Of a stretch of 64,000 nucleotides of DNA, positions 13,216-26,895 are shown piece after piece. Both the position numbers and the translations under genes were made by a program. The notes below the pieces were generated by a model. The model saw only the letters and a program-made list of their open reading frames with translations. It made no database searches and had not been told where the DNA came from. How positions within the stretch are numbered: the first letter of the stretch is position 1; each line of letters starts with the position of its first letter. Source of the stretch: the human T2T-CHM13v2.0 reference genome, Homo sapiens; NCBI RefSeq assembly GCF_009914755.1, contig NC_060932.1; one strand, 5' to 3'.

Positions 13216-13584
13216 AGGAAGGTTTATTCCTTTTCCACAGTTTAACAATTTTACTGTTTTAAACTAGAATATATCCACAGATTTTAGTTAAATGAAAAGT
13301 GATTTCTAGGCATTTCCTTCCTATTTCCATTGAACCCTTCTTTCTCTCCACAATAACTGTCAAATAAGAAACTGAAGAGGAAAGTATGGCTGAAATAAAT
13401 ACTGAGAGTTTTGACCTACTGATATTGTAATAAGAGAAGCAACAAATTCATAGATAAAACTGCAAAGAAGACTGTGACTTATGAGGAATCCTGAATCTGT
13501 AAAGTGGGTAGTAAGTCATTTCTGATCAAAGAGTATAATGGGATAAACTAATAGGTTTAATGATAAGATTAATTTTTATTATTA

Positions 13585-14087
13585 TTAATGGCTAACACAG
13601 AAACAGCACCTAGTATATAGCAGGCAGTCCTCTAAACATGCCACATATACAGCCATGTATCACTTAATGATGAAGATACTTTCTGAAAAATGCATCCTTA
13701 GGCAATTTTGTTGCTGTGGGAACATCATAGAATGCATTTACCTAAACCTACCTTGGTAAAGCCTACTACACTGAGGCTATATGGTATAGTCTATTGCTCC
13801 TAGGCTGCAAACCTGGACAGCATGTTACTGTACTGAATAATGTAATGACAGCTATAATGTCAATAAGCAATAGGAATTTTTCATCTCCATTTCAATCTTA
13901 ACAGACCACTGTCGTGTATGTGGTCAGATATTGACAAAAATGTCGTTATGTGGCACATGACTGTACAACTATTTTAAACCTCATTTCAACCTTACGAAGT
14001 AGATATAACCATTAAAGCCATTTGACAGATGAAGAAACTGAAGTACAATATAGTTTGTAATTTGCTAAAGGTCAAACAACAAGTAAG
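13585..14087 (-). mobile_element. MIR split by a Tigger3 insertion
   Basis: TAATGGCTAACAC...CAGGCAGTCCTCTAAAC before the Tigger; TTTAAACCTCA...CATTTGACAGATGAAGAAACTGA...TAATTTGCTAAAGGTCA after it. Confidence 0.65.
13650..13963 (-). mobile_element. Tigger3 non-autonomous derivative (Tigger3a/d, MER7-type)
   Basis: TIRs CAGCCATGTATCACTTAATGA ... GTCGTTATGTGGCACATGACTG; TA duplication at 13648-49 and 13964-65. Confidence 0.9.
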
Positions 14088-14094
14088 AATTCAA

Positions 14095-14981
14095 TCTGGT
14101 CAAGTGAAAGTCATCCCAGGGATGCAAAGATGGTTCAACATACACAAATAAATACATGTGATACTTCATATCAGTAGAATGAATGACAAAAAACAGGATC
14201 ATTTCAATAGATGCCAAAAAAAGCATTTGATAAAATTCAACATCCTTCAGGAAAAATACTCTCAAAAATGGGTATAGAACCTCAATATAATAAAAGCCGT
14301 ATGTGACAAAAGCATAACTAGTTCCATATTTAATGGGGAAAGATGGAAAGTCTTTTCCCTAAGATCTTTATCAAGTTAAGGGTGTCCACTTTTGTCACTT
14401 TAACTCAACATAGTACTAACAGTCCTAAGCAGAGCAATTAAACAAGAGAAACAAAAAATGGAAAAAAAGTCAAATTACTAAATTGGAAAAAGAAAGTCAA
14501 ATTACTCTTATTTGCAGATGATATAATCTTTTATTTTAATGACTCCACTAAAAAACTATTAGACCTGATAAACAAATCCAATAAACTTGCCGAATACAAA
14601 ATCAACATACAAAAACCAGTAGCTCTTCTATGTGCCAACAGTAGACAATCTGAAAAATAATCTCAATTACATTAGCTAAAAATACCTGGGAAAAAAAAAC
14701 CTAACCAAAGAAGTGAAAGATATCTACGGTGAAAACTATAAAACAATGATGAAAGAAATTGAAGGAGATACACAAAAATAGTAAGATATTCCATATTCAT
14801 GGATTGGAAGATCAGTACTATTAAAATATCCATACTATCTAAAGCAATCTATGGATTCAAAGCAATTCCTATCAAAATACCAATGAAATTTTTCACACAA
14901 GTGGAAAAAACAATCCTAAAATGTATGTGGAACCACAAAAGTTCCAGAATAACCATAGCCATTCTGAGTAAAAAGAACAAG
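14095..14981 (+). mobile_element. L1MA-type ORF2 (RT region) fragment, decayed
   Basis: ATCCCAGGGATGCAAAGATGGTTCAAC; KAFDKIQH motif; LFADDII at about 14508-14528; ORF 14799 resembles ORF2. Confidence 0.9.
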
Positions 14982-14999
14982 TCATGTAAAAACAGTAAC

Positions 15000-15538
15000 T
15001 TGTATAAAGTGCAACTCAAAGAAATCAAAGAGAAAATTACAAAAATACAAAAATGTGACTAAAGAACTCATGTGAAAGAAAAAATTGGACAGTAAAAGCA
15101 TGTTAATAATATGCCAGAGGATGAGGCAATTGGAAGATTTAATGTGTAGTTATAATTCAAATAGGAATAAAAAATTCTAAAAAAGTATTATTTTTATGGA
15201 CAAAAATCATTCATCACATTCCAAAGTAAATCAATTAAAAGAAATCTTCATCTATGTACATATTGGCATTGTCTGTTAAAACTTACAAATCACAATAGAT
15301 AAAACAACATGCTTAAAATACAATGTGATAAAACATGAGATTAATGAAAATTACCTAAAAATCCAGTATGTTTCTTTTAATCAATGTGATAAACATTCTT
15401 AATGTTACGTAGAAATTAAAACTGCAACTAATCATTATAAACAAATAAGCAAATAAGAAGCTATGTATAGAAATACATTAGAAAACAGGAAATCAAGAGA
15501 AAGGACTAAAAACTAGTTCCACCTCTGCTTCTTAAATG

Positions 15539-15587
<49 letters not shown>

Positions 15588-15950
15588 AGATTCAAGACAA
15601 TGTATTCAAAAGAAAAATGAAAAAAGGCCAAACTATATAAATTATACATAAGGAAGGCAATATATTCTCCGATATGGAAAAGATTTTAAATGAATAAAAA
15701 GATTGAAATTAGTATGTATTCCAATATAGTTGACATTCTCCATGAAGTAAATGTGTTTCTATAAATGGTAATCAAATTTCTTCAGAAGAACAGGCCAACA
15801 AAAATAGAAAAAAAATAAATTTTCTTTAAGAAAAGCCATGGGATTAGGTGATTTAAAGGTAATTTTTTAGCAAGTCATTCCAAGAAGTTAGTTATCATGC
15901 TATGTTAGCTGTACCTTAGTATGAAAAATGTTGACTTATCAATTCAATAC
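15000..15950 (+). mobile_element. Highly decayed L1M fragments
   Basis: A-rich sense L1-like tracts (e.g. AAAGAAATCAAAGAGAAAATTACAAAAATAC); weak. Confidence 0.35.
15543..15590. repeat. (CA)21(GA)3 microsatellite
   Basis: Perfect CA run 15543-15584. Confidence 0.97.
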
Positions 15951-15960
15951 AAAAGATACT

Positions 15961-16257
<297 letters not shown>

Positions 16258-16711
16258 TCACCAAGTACAAGAAATGGTAGTATGTATTAGTATTATTTCC
16301 AAAATAAATACAGAAACAGTAAAATAAAATGTGGGTAAACTGATTTTGACTTTATATTCAACAGTGATACAACATGACTTTTTGGACTCCCATGATTATT
16401 TGATGCTAGTAAATCTAACTTGTAAATAAGTTCAATATATTAATACAGAAACATAATCATTTGGATCCAGGACAAAATATATTTTTGATATCAGAAATAT
16501 TACTGGATTCAAGGGAATATAGTTTTAGATTTTTAAAACAACTAAATATTTCTGTAAAAATGCATATTCACTGAAAAATAATTTATACGTTTAATATGAT
16601 TCCAATCAAAATTGTCAAATATTTGTGGGAATCTAGCAAAATAATTATCAGAGTCATCTGAAAAAGTGCATCTGGAATTACACACCCCTCAAAAAGTGGG
16701 ATGTATAGATA

Positions 16712-17604
16712 TCCTTGTTAGTTGACTACTGCAGCTCAAAATTTTACCAAAGACTTAGCAACTTAATACAAAACAACTTTATTCTCTCACAGCTTGTTTG
16801 TTCAGGATTCTGGGCAGGACCTAGGAGAATCCTCCTCAGGGTCTTGAAATCAAGTTGTCAGCCAGACTACCTTTTCATCTAGAGGCTTGACTGGGAAAGA
16901 ATCCACTTCCAAGCTCATTTAGGTTTTTGACATAATTAATTGCTTTTTATTTTATTTTATTTTAATTTTTTGAAATGATATCTTGTTCTGTCGCTTAGGC
17001 TGGAGTGCAGTGGCATGATCTTGGCTCACTGAAAACTTCGCCTTCAGGGTTCCAGCGATTCCCCTGCCTCAGCCTCCTGAGTAGGTGGTGTTACAGGTGC
17101 CAGTCATCACAACTAGCTAATTTTTGTATTTTTATTACAGTCGGGGTTTTGCTATGTTGGCGAGGCTGGTCTCGAACTCCTGACCTCAAGTGATTTGCCC
17201 GCCCCGGCCTCTGAAAGTGCTAGGATTACAAGCGTGAGCCACCGCACCAGGGCTTAATTCTCTTTTAATTGTATGACTGAAGTACCCAGCTTCTTACTGA
17301 CTATCAGATGGAGTCCACTCTCTGGCTGTAGAGACACCCACAACTTTCTGCCATATGGCCAGTCAAGGTCAGCAGAAGAATGTGACTCTCCAGTCTAAAG
17401 CTAAGACAAAGTTATATATAGTATAACATAAGTGAGTGCTATTCCTTGCCATGTAAAGTAATGTAATCAAGGAATTGTCATCCCACTACTTCAGCCATAT
17501 TCTATTGGTTAAAAGTAAGTCACAGGTTCTACCCACATTCAAGGGGAGGGAATTATACAAGGCCATAACTTATTGTGAGTCAGCTTTGGGAATGTCTGCC
17601 ACAG
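16712..17604 (-). mobile_element. MLT1E-like MaLR LTR, interrupted by an Alu
   Basis: TTTATTCTCTCACAG, GACTGGGAAAGAATCCACTTCCAAGCTCA, CCATATTCTATTGGTTAAAAGTAAGTCACAGGTTCTACCCACATTCAAGGGGAGGG; ends TGCCACA. Confidence 0.8.
16944..17253 (-). mobile_element. AluS (Sz/Sx-like)
   Basis: Antisense dimer with (TTTTA)n tail; CTCCTGACCTCAAGTGAT; TSD-like TTAATT..CTTTT. Confidence 0.93.
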
Positions 17605-18313
17605 TGTGTACACTAATAGATATCACTAGGTCACAGTATTTAAAACAATATAGGCAAAAGCATAACTGCATTTAAACAAAATATAAAGAATAGCAATGGA
17701 CTGTATGTGTGTAGTACAATTTAAGATATACTAAAAATAGCATTTAGGATAGAATGCAGCTGAAAGAAAACATGGTTGTATAAATAATGGATCTTTGAGT
17801 TACATAACAGATAGGGGGGGAAATACGAAATAAATTTTTAATTGTTTCTATTGTATTATGAAGATTTTAAATATACCTGGGCAAGAGTTTCTTGGACTAG
17901 ATCCATTGGCCTCATATATGGAGAATTTTCTCAGAATGTGGTAATAGGTTAGCTTTCCATCACAGTTTCCAGCATTGTATTGGGTGAGTGAATCTGTATG
18001 TGTGTGTGTGAGTGCACATACATACGTATTTTAATGGAAATTGCTAATGATTGTATTAGTGCACCAAGCCAATACAGATTTCTGATTACAAGAATTTTGT
18101 ACCTTATTCCATTACAGTGATGGTATATATAGAAATCAAAAATTTGAAGAGCCAAAATTACTGTGGGCATTGTCAATATTGGAATGGAAGTGAATTCAAT
18201 ACAGATTATAGAAGCAAATATGTTTTTCTCTGTTCTGTTAAAAATAAAAAAGAAAGAAAAAGAAAAACAAGACCTCTTCTAGTAGACAACTAACTTGCTG
18301 CTAACATAAGTTG

Positions 18314-18470
18314 AGCCAGGCAGGTGGCTTGTGTCCATGAATCCTATTTACTTGAAAGGCTGAAGCAGGAAGATGGCTTGAACCAGGAGTTCAAGGCTGC
18401 AATGATCTATGATCATAGCACCACATTGCAGCCTGGGTGACAGACAGAGATCTCACCTCTTAAAAGAATA
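18314..18470 (+). mobile_element. FRAM / free right Alu monomer
   Basis: Single monomer with GGAGTTCAAGGCTGCA..TATGATC; TSD ATAAGTTG at 18306-13 and 18476-83. Confidence 0.8.
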
Positions 18471-19295
18471 TATTGATAAGTTGTAGTGAAGGGATAAATT
18501 AAGACAACAACAACGAAAATCATAGAAAGAATAATTTAAATGGCAGAATAAAAATTATGTTTTAGTAATCTTTTTAAATCTAAAATTGATTTTTTCCTTA
18601 GCCATCTTATTTGCCTGTCTCAGAAATGGTCATTTTTTCTATAAATAAATCACATAGACATTATAATAATCAGCTATCTCTTGATTTCTGAAAATCATGA
18701 TAAAATTAGCAAAATTATAGAAAATTAACATTTTCACAAACACTGATAGCTCTCTAGAAGATAAAATTTCTAAATGAAACAGGAACAAATGATAAAAAAG
18801 ATTTTAAGACAATAAAAATGATCTGACAAAAAGATATTAATGTAATAATATGGAAAGCAAGCTTTACAACTTAAAAAATATAAAGTAAGTAGAGAAACAA
18901 GTTTTAGAAAAAGCAGGGGGTGGAAAGAGGAAGAAAATATTTTTTTCTGGATTATAAAAAATTATTTCCACAGAATTTTTATTCAATTGTTATATTTTCA
19001 TCAAAAGTAAAAAGGTTTCTCATCTGTTTTTTAAAGGATACATTCGACTTGTATCTCCAGTGCAGTCCTTCTAGGTTATGCAACCTAAGTTCTCAAAGTC
19101 AAAAATAAGTTTTTTTAGAGAACTAAAAGTTTCCAAATGTAAAAGCTAAGATCACTATTTGGAACAGATTATGGTTTAATTTTACACAAAGTAAAATATG
19201 ATTTAATTTTAAAAAAATGCATAAGATTCAAAAGTCCATCTCAGTCATGAAACATAAAAAGCACCACCACCACCAACCCATAAATAAAATACATA

Positions 19296-19561
19296 GGCCG
19301 GGCACGGTGGCTCATGCCTGTAATCTGAGCACTTGGGGAGGCCGAGGCAGACAGATCACCTGAGGTAAGGAGTTCAAGACCAGCTTGGCCAACACGGTGA
19401 AACCCCATCTCTACTAAAAATACAATCCCAGCTACTCGGGGGGCTTAGGCAGGGAGAATTGCTTGAACCTGGGAGACGGAGGTTGCAGTGAGTCGAGATC
19501 ATGCCACTGCACTCCAGCCTGGGTGACAGAGCGAGGCTCCATCTCAAAAATAAATAAATAA
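19296..19561 (+). mobile_element. AluSx-like with about 33-bp internal deletion
   Basis: GATCACCTGAGGT; junction TACAA|TCCCAGC at 19425/6; 16-bp TSD ATAAATAAAATACATA (19280-95, 19562-77). Confidence 0.95.
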
Positions 19562-20005
19562 ATAAATAAAATACATAAATAACTATAAAAGATATTTGGA
19601 AGGAATTCAAACATGTCTTTTTTTTGGAAATATCGAATTGTTACTACATTTATGTCTATTAAAATGTATATTTAACAGGAAAAAAATCACTGGATATTTT
19701 CCCAGAAGCTTCAATTTTGTGAAGAGGAGATACTGTTTTTTTTTCAGCGTTAATATTTCAAACTTAAAAAATACAAAGCAAGGTTTCAAAAGGTCAACTT
19801 TCTGGTAACTACAAGTCTTCAGATTGTGAGTTCAAAAGCAATACTGAATTTCAAAGAGAAAATTTTTTTTTCCTTTCTTAACTCCAGATTCAAGAACATG
19901 ACAACTTAAAAGTCAATCTTAAAAGTCATTGTAAAGAACACCTGGCAGTGAAATGGAAAGTGCTCACTTGCTCAGTTGTACCTAGCCAAAACGAGCAACA
20001 CATAC

Positions 20006-20051
20006 CTGTATAAAACATTCATGCATGGAGACACAGCTAGTACTAATCCAT
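20006..20051 (-). other. Candidate 46-nt internal exon (unverified)
   Basis: Minus strand: branch-like TTGAC with A at -28, T-rich tract, caacag|ATGGATT...TTTATACAG|gtatgt; unique sequence. Confidence 0.3.
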
Positions 20052-20817
20052 CTGTTGTTGAAAAATATATAAATGAAGTCAAAGAAGATGAAATAAACAA
20101 TCCGAATATCCCTCTGAAGGAACTTCTCCGCTCAACGTTCTGTGGCAGCTGGTCTAATATGATTCAACTGGTCTTCTGTTTATGTTTCTTACATTCTAAT
20201 TTTGTTTTGTTTTGTCCATTTTTCCCTGTGAAACATGACATATTTTTCAGAAGACTTCTATGTTGTTTACAAATATGATGTCAGTGTGATTAAAATTTCA
20301 GTAGATGGAAAAAGCAAACTAAAGCATTCTTTAAATTAAAATTAAATAGTTTTTCCATAAATATTTCTAAAGAAGGAAGAAAAATCTTATGAGGTACACT
20401 GTCTGTTTTAATAACGTGTAATCTGCTAGTTAAACATCAAAGAATAAAATCTGATAGAATGATTTATGGCTATGCAATAAAAATGTACAAGTCATTACTG
20501 GCAAATTATCAGGATAGCTTAACACACTTGGCAATTTTAATGAAGCCTACATAATTCCTGTCTTATTTATTTATATTTTAATAATCTGTGCTTTTATGTA
20601 ATCATTGTTGCCATAATAAAACAACATGCATGCAGAAGTGATGGCAGTTAGATACATAGACCAAGATTCAGAATTGAGCATTGACTTTATCCAGATATTT
20701 GAAGTTATCTATCACACATAACAGATAAGTTTTGAGTAACTAATTCATCAGATGTGTAGGAAATTTTACTCCTGAAATGGAGTTACCATTGAAATATGCT
20801 CAGGTCTCTAATGTATG

Positions 20818-20945
20818 TTTCATTTATTTAATTAATTCAACACATATTTATTATGTGACTACTAAGTGTATGCTAACACTGGGGAATATTATTTTGAAAC
20901 ATTCTCGCTCCTTGTTGAATTTACAGTTTAATGGAGGAGGATAAC
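20818..20945 (-). mobile_element. L2 3' end fragment
   Basis: TTCATTTATTTAATTAATTCAACACATATTTATT...CACTGGGGAATA...TTTACAGTTTAATGG. Confidence 0.6.
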
Positions 20946-21359
20946 AAATTTTAGTTCAATGTTATAATGTACATAAGATTCAAAATTGCACCTCTTTTTG
21001 TGTATAGAAAGGGCTTAAGGGTGTTAGTAATCAGTAAGATCAATATGAGTAATAAATATGATGAGCTATTCATACAGAACCAAAATTCACTAAGGAGTTG
21101 CTAATAACAGAGCAGTTTCCAGAACAAGAAAAGCAATAAAATGACTTTTCCTGACATTGATCCCACTGCTCTTTAATTATCACATCCTATTATATGTAAA
21201 ACGTTGGAGAGTGACCACAATACAGAAGCAACATGGAAGTTATGTTATGTGAATTTTCTCGTGACTTAGTGAACCAAATCTATTTAACGTTTTTTCTATA
21301 TTCAGGCATTTATATGGTCTCCAATTTTTCAAATTCAATAAACATTCTTCATTTTATAA

Positions 21360-21568
21360 AATTTTTTCATTTTTTTTTAGGTTTCAGGGTACATATGCAG
21401 GATGTGCTGGTTTATTACATAGGTAGATGTGTGCCATTGTGGTTTACTGCACCTATCAACCCATCACCTAGGTATTAATCCCAGCATCCGTTAGCTCTTT
21501 TCCCTAATGTTCTCCCCTCTAGCAACAGGCCCCAGTAAGTGTTCTTCCTCTCCGTGTGTCCATGTACT
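21360..21568 (-). mobile_element. L1PA8-10-like 3'UTR fragment
   Basis: GGGTACATATGCAGGATGTGC..GTTTATTACATAGG..CACCTATCAACCCATCACCTAGGTATTAA; T-tail on the left. Confidence 0.85.
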
Positions 21569-21696
21569 ACATTTATTGTACTTACCATGCTATTTTCTTA
21601 CAATAAAAAGCTAAATTTGAAATTTTTAGGTTAAAGAGAATATATTTGGATAATTTTGATGCATATGGTTGGATTTCTTCAAAAATGCTATGTTTG

Positions 21697-21989
21697 AGCT
21701 GGGTGCAATGGCTCACACCTATAATCCCAACACTTTGGGAGGCCAAAGCAGGCAGATCACTTGAGCTCAAGGGTTCAAGACCAGCCTGGTCAATATGGTG
21801 AAACCCCATCTCTACTAAAAACACATAAATTAGCTGGGCATAGTGGCGGGAGCCTGTAGTCCCAGCTACTCAGGAGGCTGAGGCAAAAGAATCACTTGAA
21901 TCCCGGAGGCAGAGGTTGCAGTGAGCTGAGATCACACCACTGCACTCCAGCCTGGATGACAGATCAAGACTCCATCTCAAAAATAAAAT
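21697..21989 (+). mobile_element. AluS (Sz-like)
   Basis: Full dimer; TSD AAA(A/G)TG(C/G)TATGTTT at about 21682-95 and 21990-22003. Confidence 0.94.
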
Positions 21990-22094
21990 AAAGTGGTATG
22001 TTTCGGTCATACTGATCATATGTGGAAAAGAATATATTTTAGTGAAAACTCTGTAACTGTACTTTCCAGTAAGGTAGTAATTATCCTTAGAGGG

Positions 22095-22262
22095 CTATTC
22101 AAATTTTAATTAAAAAAAATAAAATTGAATTTTAGTTTCTTAGTTACTTTAGTCATATGTCAACTGCTCAATAACCATATATGTCTGATGGCTTTCATAC
22201 ATGATATTAAAGATATGAAAGCATTTCCATCATATAGAAATTTCTGCTGGACATCATCACTT
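22095..22262. mobile_element. MER3/MER33-like hAT-Charlie fragment
   Basis: TGCTCAATAACCATATATGTCTGATGGCT...CATTTCCATCATATAGAAATTTCTGCTGGACA. Confidence 0.65.
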
Positions 22263-22699
22263 TGTAATATACTTTTGTCAATATTTTTAGCCCTTTTCTA
22301 TCTACTGTACTAAAGTACTTTTTTGTTTAACATTTTTTAATGAGGTTGAACACGTGTGTGTTTTTCTTTTACATTTCAAGAAATTTTTACATATCATAGA
22401 TATGAACTTATGTCTTTTAAATATCAGTCATTTTATTTATTTTCCATACAGAGATTGTTGCTGTTCTTGCTTGATATAGAAGGTAGTTGTAGAGGGGGAT
22501 GTTTAACAATGAAAATATAATAAAACCTTCTTTTATTCTGAGTTTGTGTTCCTATCAAACTCTCTCAAAAACAAAAATTATAAAAATTATTTTTAAAAAG
22601 TATGTCTTTGGTAGAGACCTGGGAATAATTCATGTTACACATGAGGTAGGGGATATAACTTTTATATTTACATATGGCAAATCACCTGTCCATATATTT

Positions 22700-25340
22700 A
22701 TTGACTAATTTCTCCTTATTGTATTATTTTGAAAAACTTCCCAATATAATTCCCTAAAATTTCAACTATATCCAGGTTCTTTTCTAGACATACATATTTA
22801 GTTACATTGGCTAGTCTACTTTTGTACCTTGCTGACTAGTGTTAAATAATATGTTTTAAAATATGTTTCAAAAATTTAAAAAGCTAATCCTCATCTATTA
22901 TTCTTTGTCTTAAATGTTCTAGGTATTTTCACATAACTCTTTGTAGGTGATATCAGAAGTGATTTAAACTGGTTTCATTTTTGAACTTAAAATTAAAAAT
23001 GTAACTGGTTGATATAATGTACATATAGTCTTAAATTTTATTTTTATTTCAATTTAATAATATAATGTTTAGACTATTTTATTTTATCAAGAAGTTACAT
23101 TGCATGTCTCTATATTTATTCTTTTCTCTTCCTAGGTAAAATTGTATATATAGTCTTTTCACGCAAATCTTACACGTAAGAAAAACTATTCCCAGCAGAT
23201 GACATGATTGTATATTTAGAAAATCCCAACGTCTCAGCCCAAAATCTCCTTAAGCTGGTAAGCAACTTCAGCAAAGTCTCAGGATACAAAATCAATGTGC
23301 AAAAATCTCAAGCATTCCTATACACGAATAACAGACAATCAGAGAGCAAAATCATGAGTGAACCACTCACGATTGCTACAAAGAGAATAAAATACCTAGG
23401 AATACAACTTACAAGGGATGTGAAGAACCTCTTCAAGGAGAACTACAAACCACTGCTCAAGGAAATAACAGAGGACACAAACAAATGGAAGAACATTCCA
23501 TGCTCATGAATAGGAAGAATCAAAATCGTGCAAATGGCCATACTGCCCAAAGTAATTTATAGACTCAATTCTATCCCCATCAAGCGACCATTGACTTTCG
23601 TCACAGAATTGGAAAAAACTACTTTAAATTTCATATGGAACCAAATAAGAGCCCATATAGCCAATACAAACCTAAGCAAAAAGAACAAAGCTGGGGGCAT
23701 CATGCTACCTGACTTCAAACTATACTGCAAGGCTACAGTAACCAAAACAGCATGGTACTGTTACCAAAACAGATATGTAGACCAATGGAACAGAACAGAG
23801 CCCTCAGAAATAATGCCACACATCTACAACCATCTGATCTTTGACAAACCTGACAAAAACAAGCAATAGGGAAAGGAGTCCCTGTTTAATAAATGGTGTT
23901 GGGAAAACTGGCTGGCCATATTCAGAAAACTAAAACTGGACCCCTCCCTTACACCTTATACAAAAATTAAATCAAGATGAATTAAAGATTTGAACATAAG
24001 ACCTAAAACCATAAAAACTTTAGAAGAAAACCTAGGCAATGCCATTCAGGACATAGGCATGGACAAAGACTTCATGACTACAACACCAAAAGCAATGGCA
24101 ATAAAAGGCAAAATTGACAAACGGAATCTAATTAAACTAAAGAGCTTCTGCACAGCAAAAGAAACTATCAACAGAGTGAACAGGCAACCTACATAATGGG
24201 AGGAAATCTTTGCAATCTATCCATCTGACAAAGTGCCAATATCCAGAATCTACAACGAACTTAAACAAATGTACAAGAAAAAAACAACCCCATCAAAAAC
24301 TGGGTGACAGATATGAATAGGCACTTCTCAAAAGAAGACAGTTATGTGGCCAATAAATATGAAAAAAAAAAGCTCATCATCACTGGTCATTAGAGAAACG
24401 TAAATCAAAACCACAATGAAATATCATCTCACGCCAATTAGAATGGCAATCATTAAAAAGTCAGGAAAGAGATGCTGGAAAGGGTGTGGAGAAATAGGGA
24501 GGCTTTTACACTGTTGGTGAGAGTGTAAATTAGTTCAACCATTGTGGAAGACAGTGTGGCAATTCCTCAAGGATCTAGAACCAGAAATACCATTTGACCC
24601 AGCAATCCCATTACTGGCTATATACCCAAAAGATTATAAATCATTCTAGTATAAAGACACATGCACATGTATGTTTATTGCAGCACTATTCACAATAGCA
24701 GACTTGGAACCAATGTAAATGCTCATCAGTGATAGACTGGATAAAGAAAATGTAGCAAATATACACCATGGAATACTATGCAGCTATAAAAATGACGAAT
24801 TCATGTCCTTTACAGGAACATGGATGAAGATGGAAGGCATAATTCTCAGCAACCCAAACAAGAACAGAAAACCAAACACCTCATGTTCTCACTCATAACT
24901 GGGTGTTGAACAATGAGAACACATGGACACAGAGAGGGAAATGTCATGCACTGGGGCCTGTCAGGGGGTGGGGAGCTAGAGGAGGGATAGCATTAGGAGA
25001 AATACCTAATGTAGATGACAGTTTGATGGGTGCACGAAACAACCGTGGCACATGTATACCTATGAAACAAACCTGCAGGTTCTACACATGTATCTTGAAA
25101 CTTAAAGTATAATTTTAGAAAATTCCAGCTATATAATTATCATTCCTGTTTAAAAATGAGCATTTTAATTTTATTTTCTAAGCAATTATTGGTGATTTTT
25201 AAAGAATCTTGATGTTTCTATATTAATCTTGAAACTGACCAGGACCCAGACCTATTTTGTTAATTTTAATAGTTTTACTTTAATAGTCCTGGATTTTTAG
25301 TACACATGATCATTATCTCTGCAAATAATGATACTAGCTA
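22700..25340 (-). mobile_element. Old L1M ORF2 remnant, interrupted by the L1PA7
   Basis: Antisense L1-like tracts on both sides of the L1PA7, ending ATCATTATCTCTGCAAATAA (antisense of the FAD motif). Confidence 0.5.
23195..25113 (+). mobile_element. L1PA7-like, 5'-truncated (about 1.9 kb), ORF2 broken by stops
   Basis: ORF2 peptides [11 protein letters not shown].., [10 protein letters not shown].., [20 protein letters not shown]; 3'UTR GGAGAAATACCTAATGTAGATGAC. Confidence 0.96.
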
Positions 25341-26363
25341 GAGAGAGAAAAAAATCTCATTAACATCATCTTTGGTGAAGATGTGTGTGGTTCCTTTGTG
25401 CTTTGACTCCTCCATTATGCAATTAGTCCTAATAGATCATCTTGTCAGTGGTATGCACTTGTTTCCAGACTTAACCCCTCTAGGAAGTATTTTCCCACGT
25501 AGGAGTAAATTGTTTGTATTTTTAAGAACCTGGTTTAGAGGGAGAAAATGGCAAGAAGTAATCCTGTTTTATCTTAGAGCTATTGAACTATTAAATGCTG
25601 CTTATTTATGGCAGGGGAAGGAATATTCCACTTATTCTATGGTCTACCCATGCATCCATCATCAATCCTTCCAAAACAGGTAATGGTGATGGAATATGCC
25701 AAACTGTCTTTAATTTCCTTCCTGAAAAAGCGAAATACTTTCCCAGAAAGAGAAATCGTGTATCAGTTTCAAGTGTCTTCATCAAATTACCTACAGCATT
25801 TTGTATCTGGCAAAATTTACTTGAGGCTGTGATTTGCTCCCGTTTCATTTTGCACTTCACTGCTGATGAATTCTTCGTTTTGTGTTTACTTTTATTTTCT
25901 TATCTCTTTCCTCTTTTTTTTTTTCTAGATTTATTGGGTGTCTTTGATCAGATTCTGTTTCATCCCCTGTAACTGTAGAGTTTGGGTATTTACCTATGTG
26001 TTACAGCTACTCCTCCCCTAATTAGGCTGTAAAGCTCTATGTAATTCCCAGCTAACCTCCAGCACCATCTTAGTGTTTCCAAAGGTTTTTACAGTTAAAC
26101 ACTGTTGTGAAACTAAAGGGGGAAATAAATGTGAAGTTATTCAGGTTTCAGAATGGTATAAAAATTTTACAGGAATTATGACTTTAGTACTTCCAACCAT
26201 GTTGATAAGATGGCATCTTGAAACCAACATGAGATCTTCAGCCTTAGATTCTTCTGACTTAATTGACATTCTGTCTACCTCATCCCAGAAGTAAGCTTGT
26301 TCTCTTTTCCACTTCCTGAAGAATTTTATCCCAGCTGAAAGGCATTCTGGAATGGAAAGGGCA

Positions 26364-26386
26364 AATAATAATAATAATAACAATAA
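26364..26386. repeat. (AAT)n
   Basis: Direct reading. Confidence 0.85.
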
Positions 26387-26432
26387 GCCTCAACTCCAGG
26401 AAAGTTCTGACTTTTAGGATTTCCAGCACAAT

Positions 26433-26465
26433 CACCACCACCACCACGACCACCACCACCACCAC
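26433..26465. repeat. (CAC)11 with one GAC interruption
   Basis: Direct reading; source of the poly-Val and poly-Gly minus-strand ORFs. Confidence 0.9.
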
Positions 26466-26523
26466 ACATTACCTTATAGAAGAGATTTTCATCTTCCTTG
26501 TAATTCCTAAAAGAATCACTGGT

Positions 26524-26895
26524 CCCAAAGGCTAGAGATGCTGGGGAGGGGCTGCCTGTTTCACTCACGCAGCAGCTTCCGCCTCCCCCATCCTGGGCGC
26601 CCATCCTCCAGCTTAGGTGTCAGCTGTCCATCACCTCTACCCCCACTGTCTCATTTGTGCTTTTTTTCTCTCGTAATAGAAAAGTGGGGAGCCGCTGGGG
26701 AGCCACCCCATTCATCCCCATATTTCCCCCTCTCATAACTTCTCCCCATCCCAGGAGGACTTCTCAGGCCTGGCGTGGGGCTCCGGGTGGGTTCGGGGGC
26801 GATTCAACCTGTGTGCTGGGAAGGACGAGACTTCCTCTTGAACAGTGGGCTGTTGTAAAGATATTTGAGAAGTTTTACTAATAAAGTTTTATTTA
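26524..26895 (+). pseudogene. 5'-truncated processed retrocopy of an mRNA 3'UTR (parent gene not identified)
   Basis: GC-rich island matching no repeat I recognise; AATAAA at 26880-85 then a short A remnant; 15-bp TSD AAAAGAATCA(C/G)TGGT at 26509-23 and 26896-910. Confidence 0.8.

Noticed and set aside
23204-24196. RT-like ORFs as an active retroelement or novel RT system
   Set aside because: They are fragments of a 5'-truncated L1PA7 ORF2 with in-frame stops, no endonuclease, no ORF1 and no promoter
25372-25972. Cluster of overlapping ORFs up to 125 aa
   Set aside because: No recognisable domain, no convincing splice-site pair, hydrophobic tail comes from a T-rich tract
26280-26604. Poly-Val/poly-Gly/poly-Tyr minus-strand ORFs
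   Set aside because: Translations of the (CAC)n and (AAT)n microsatellites
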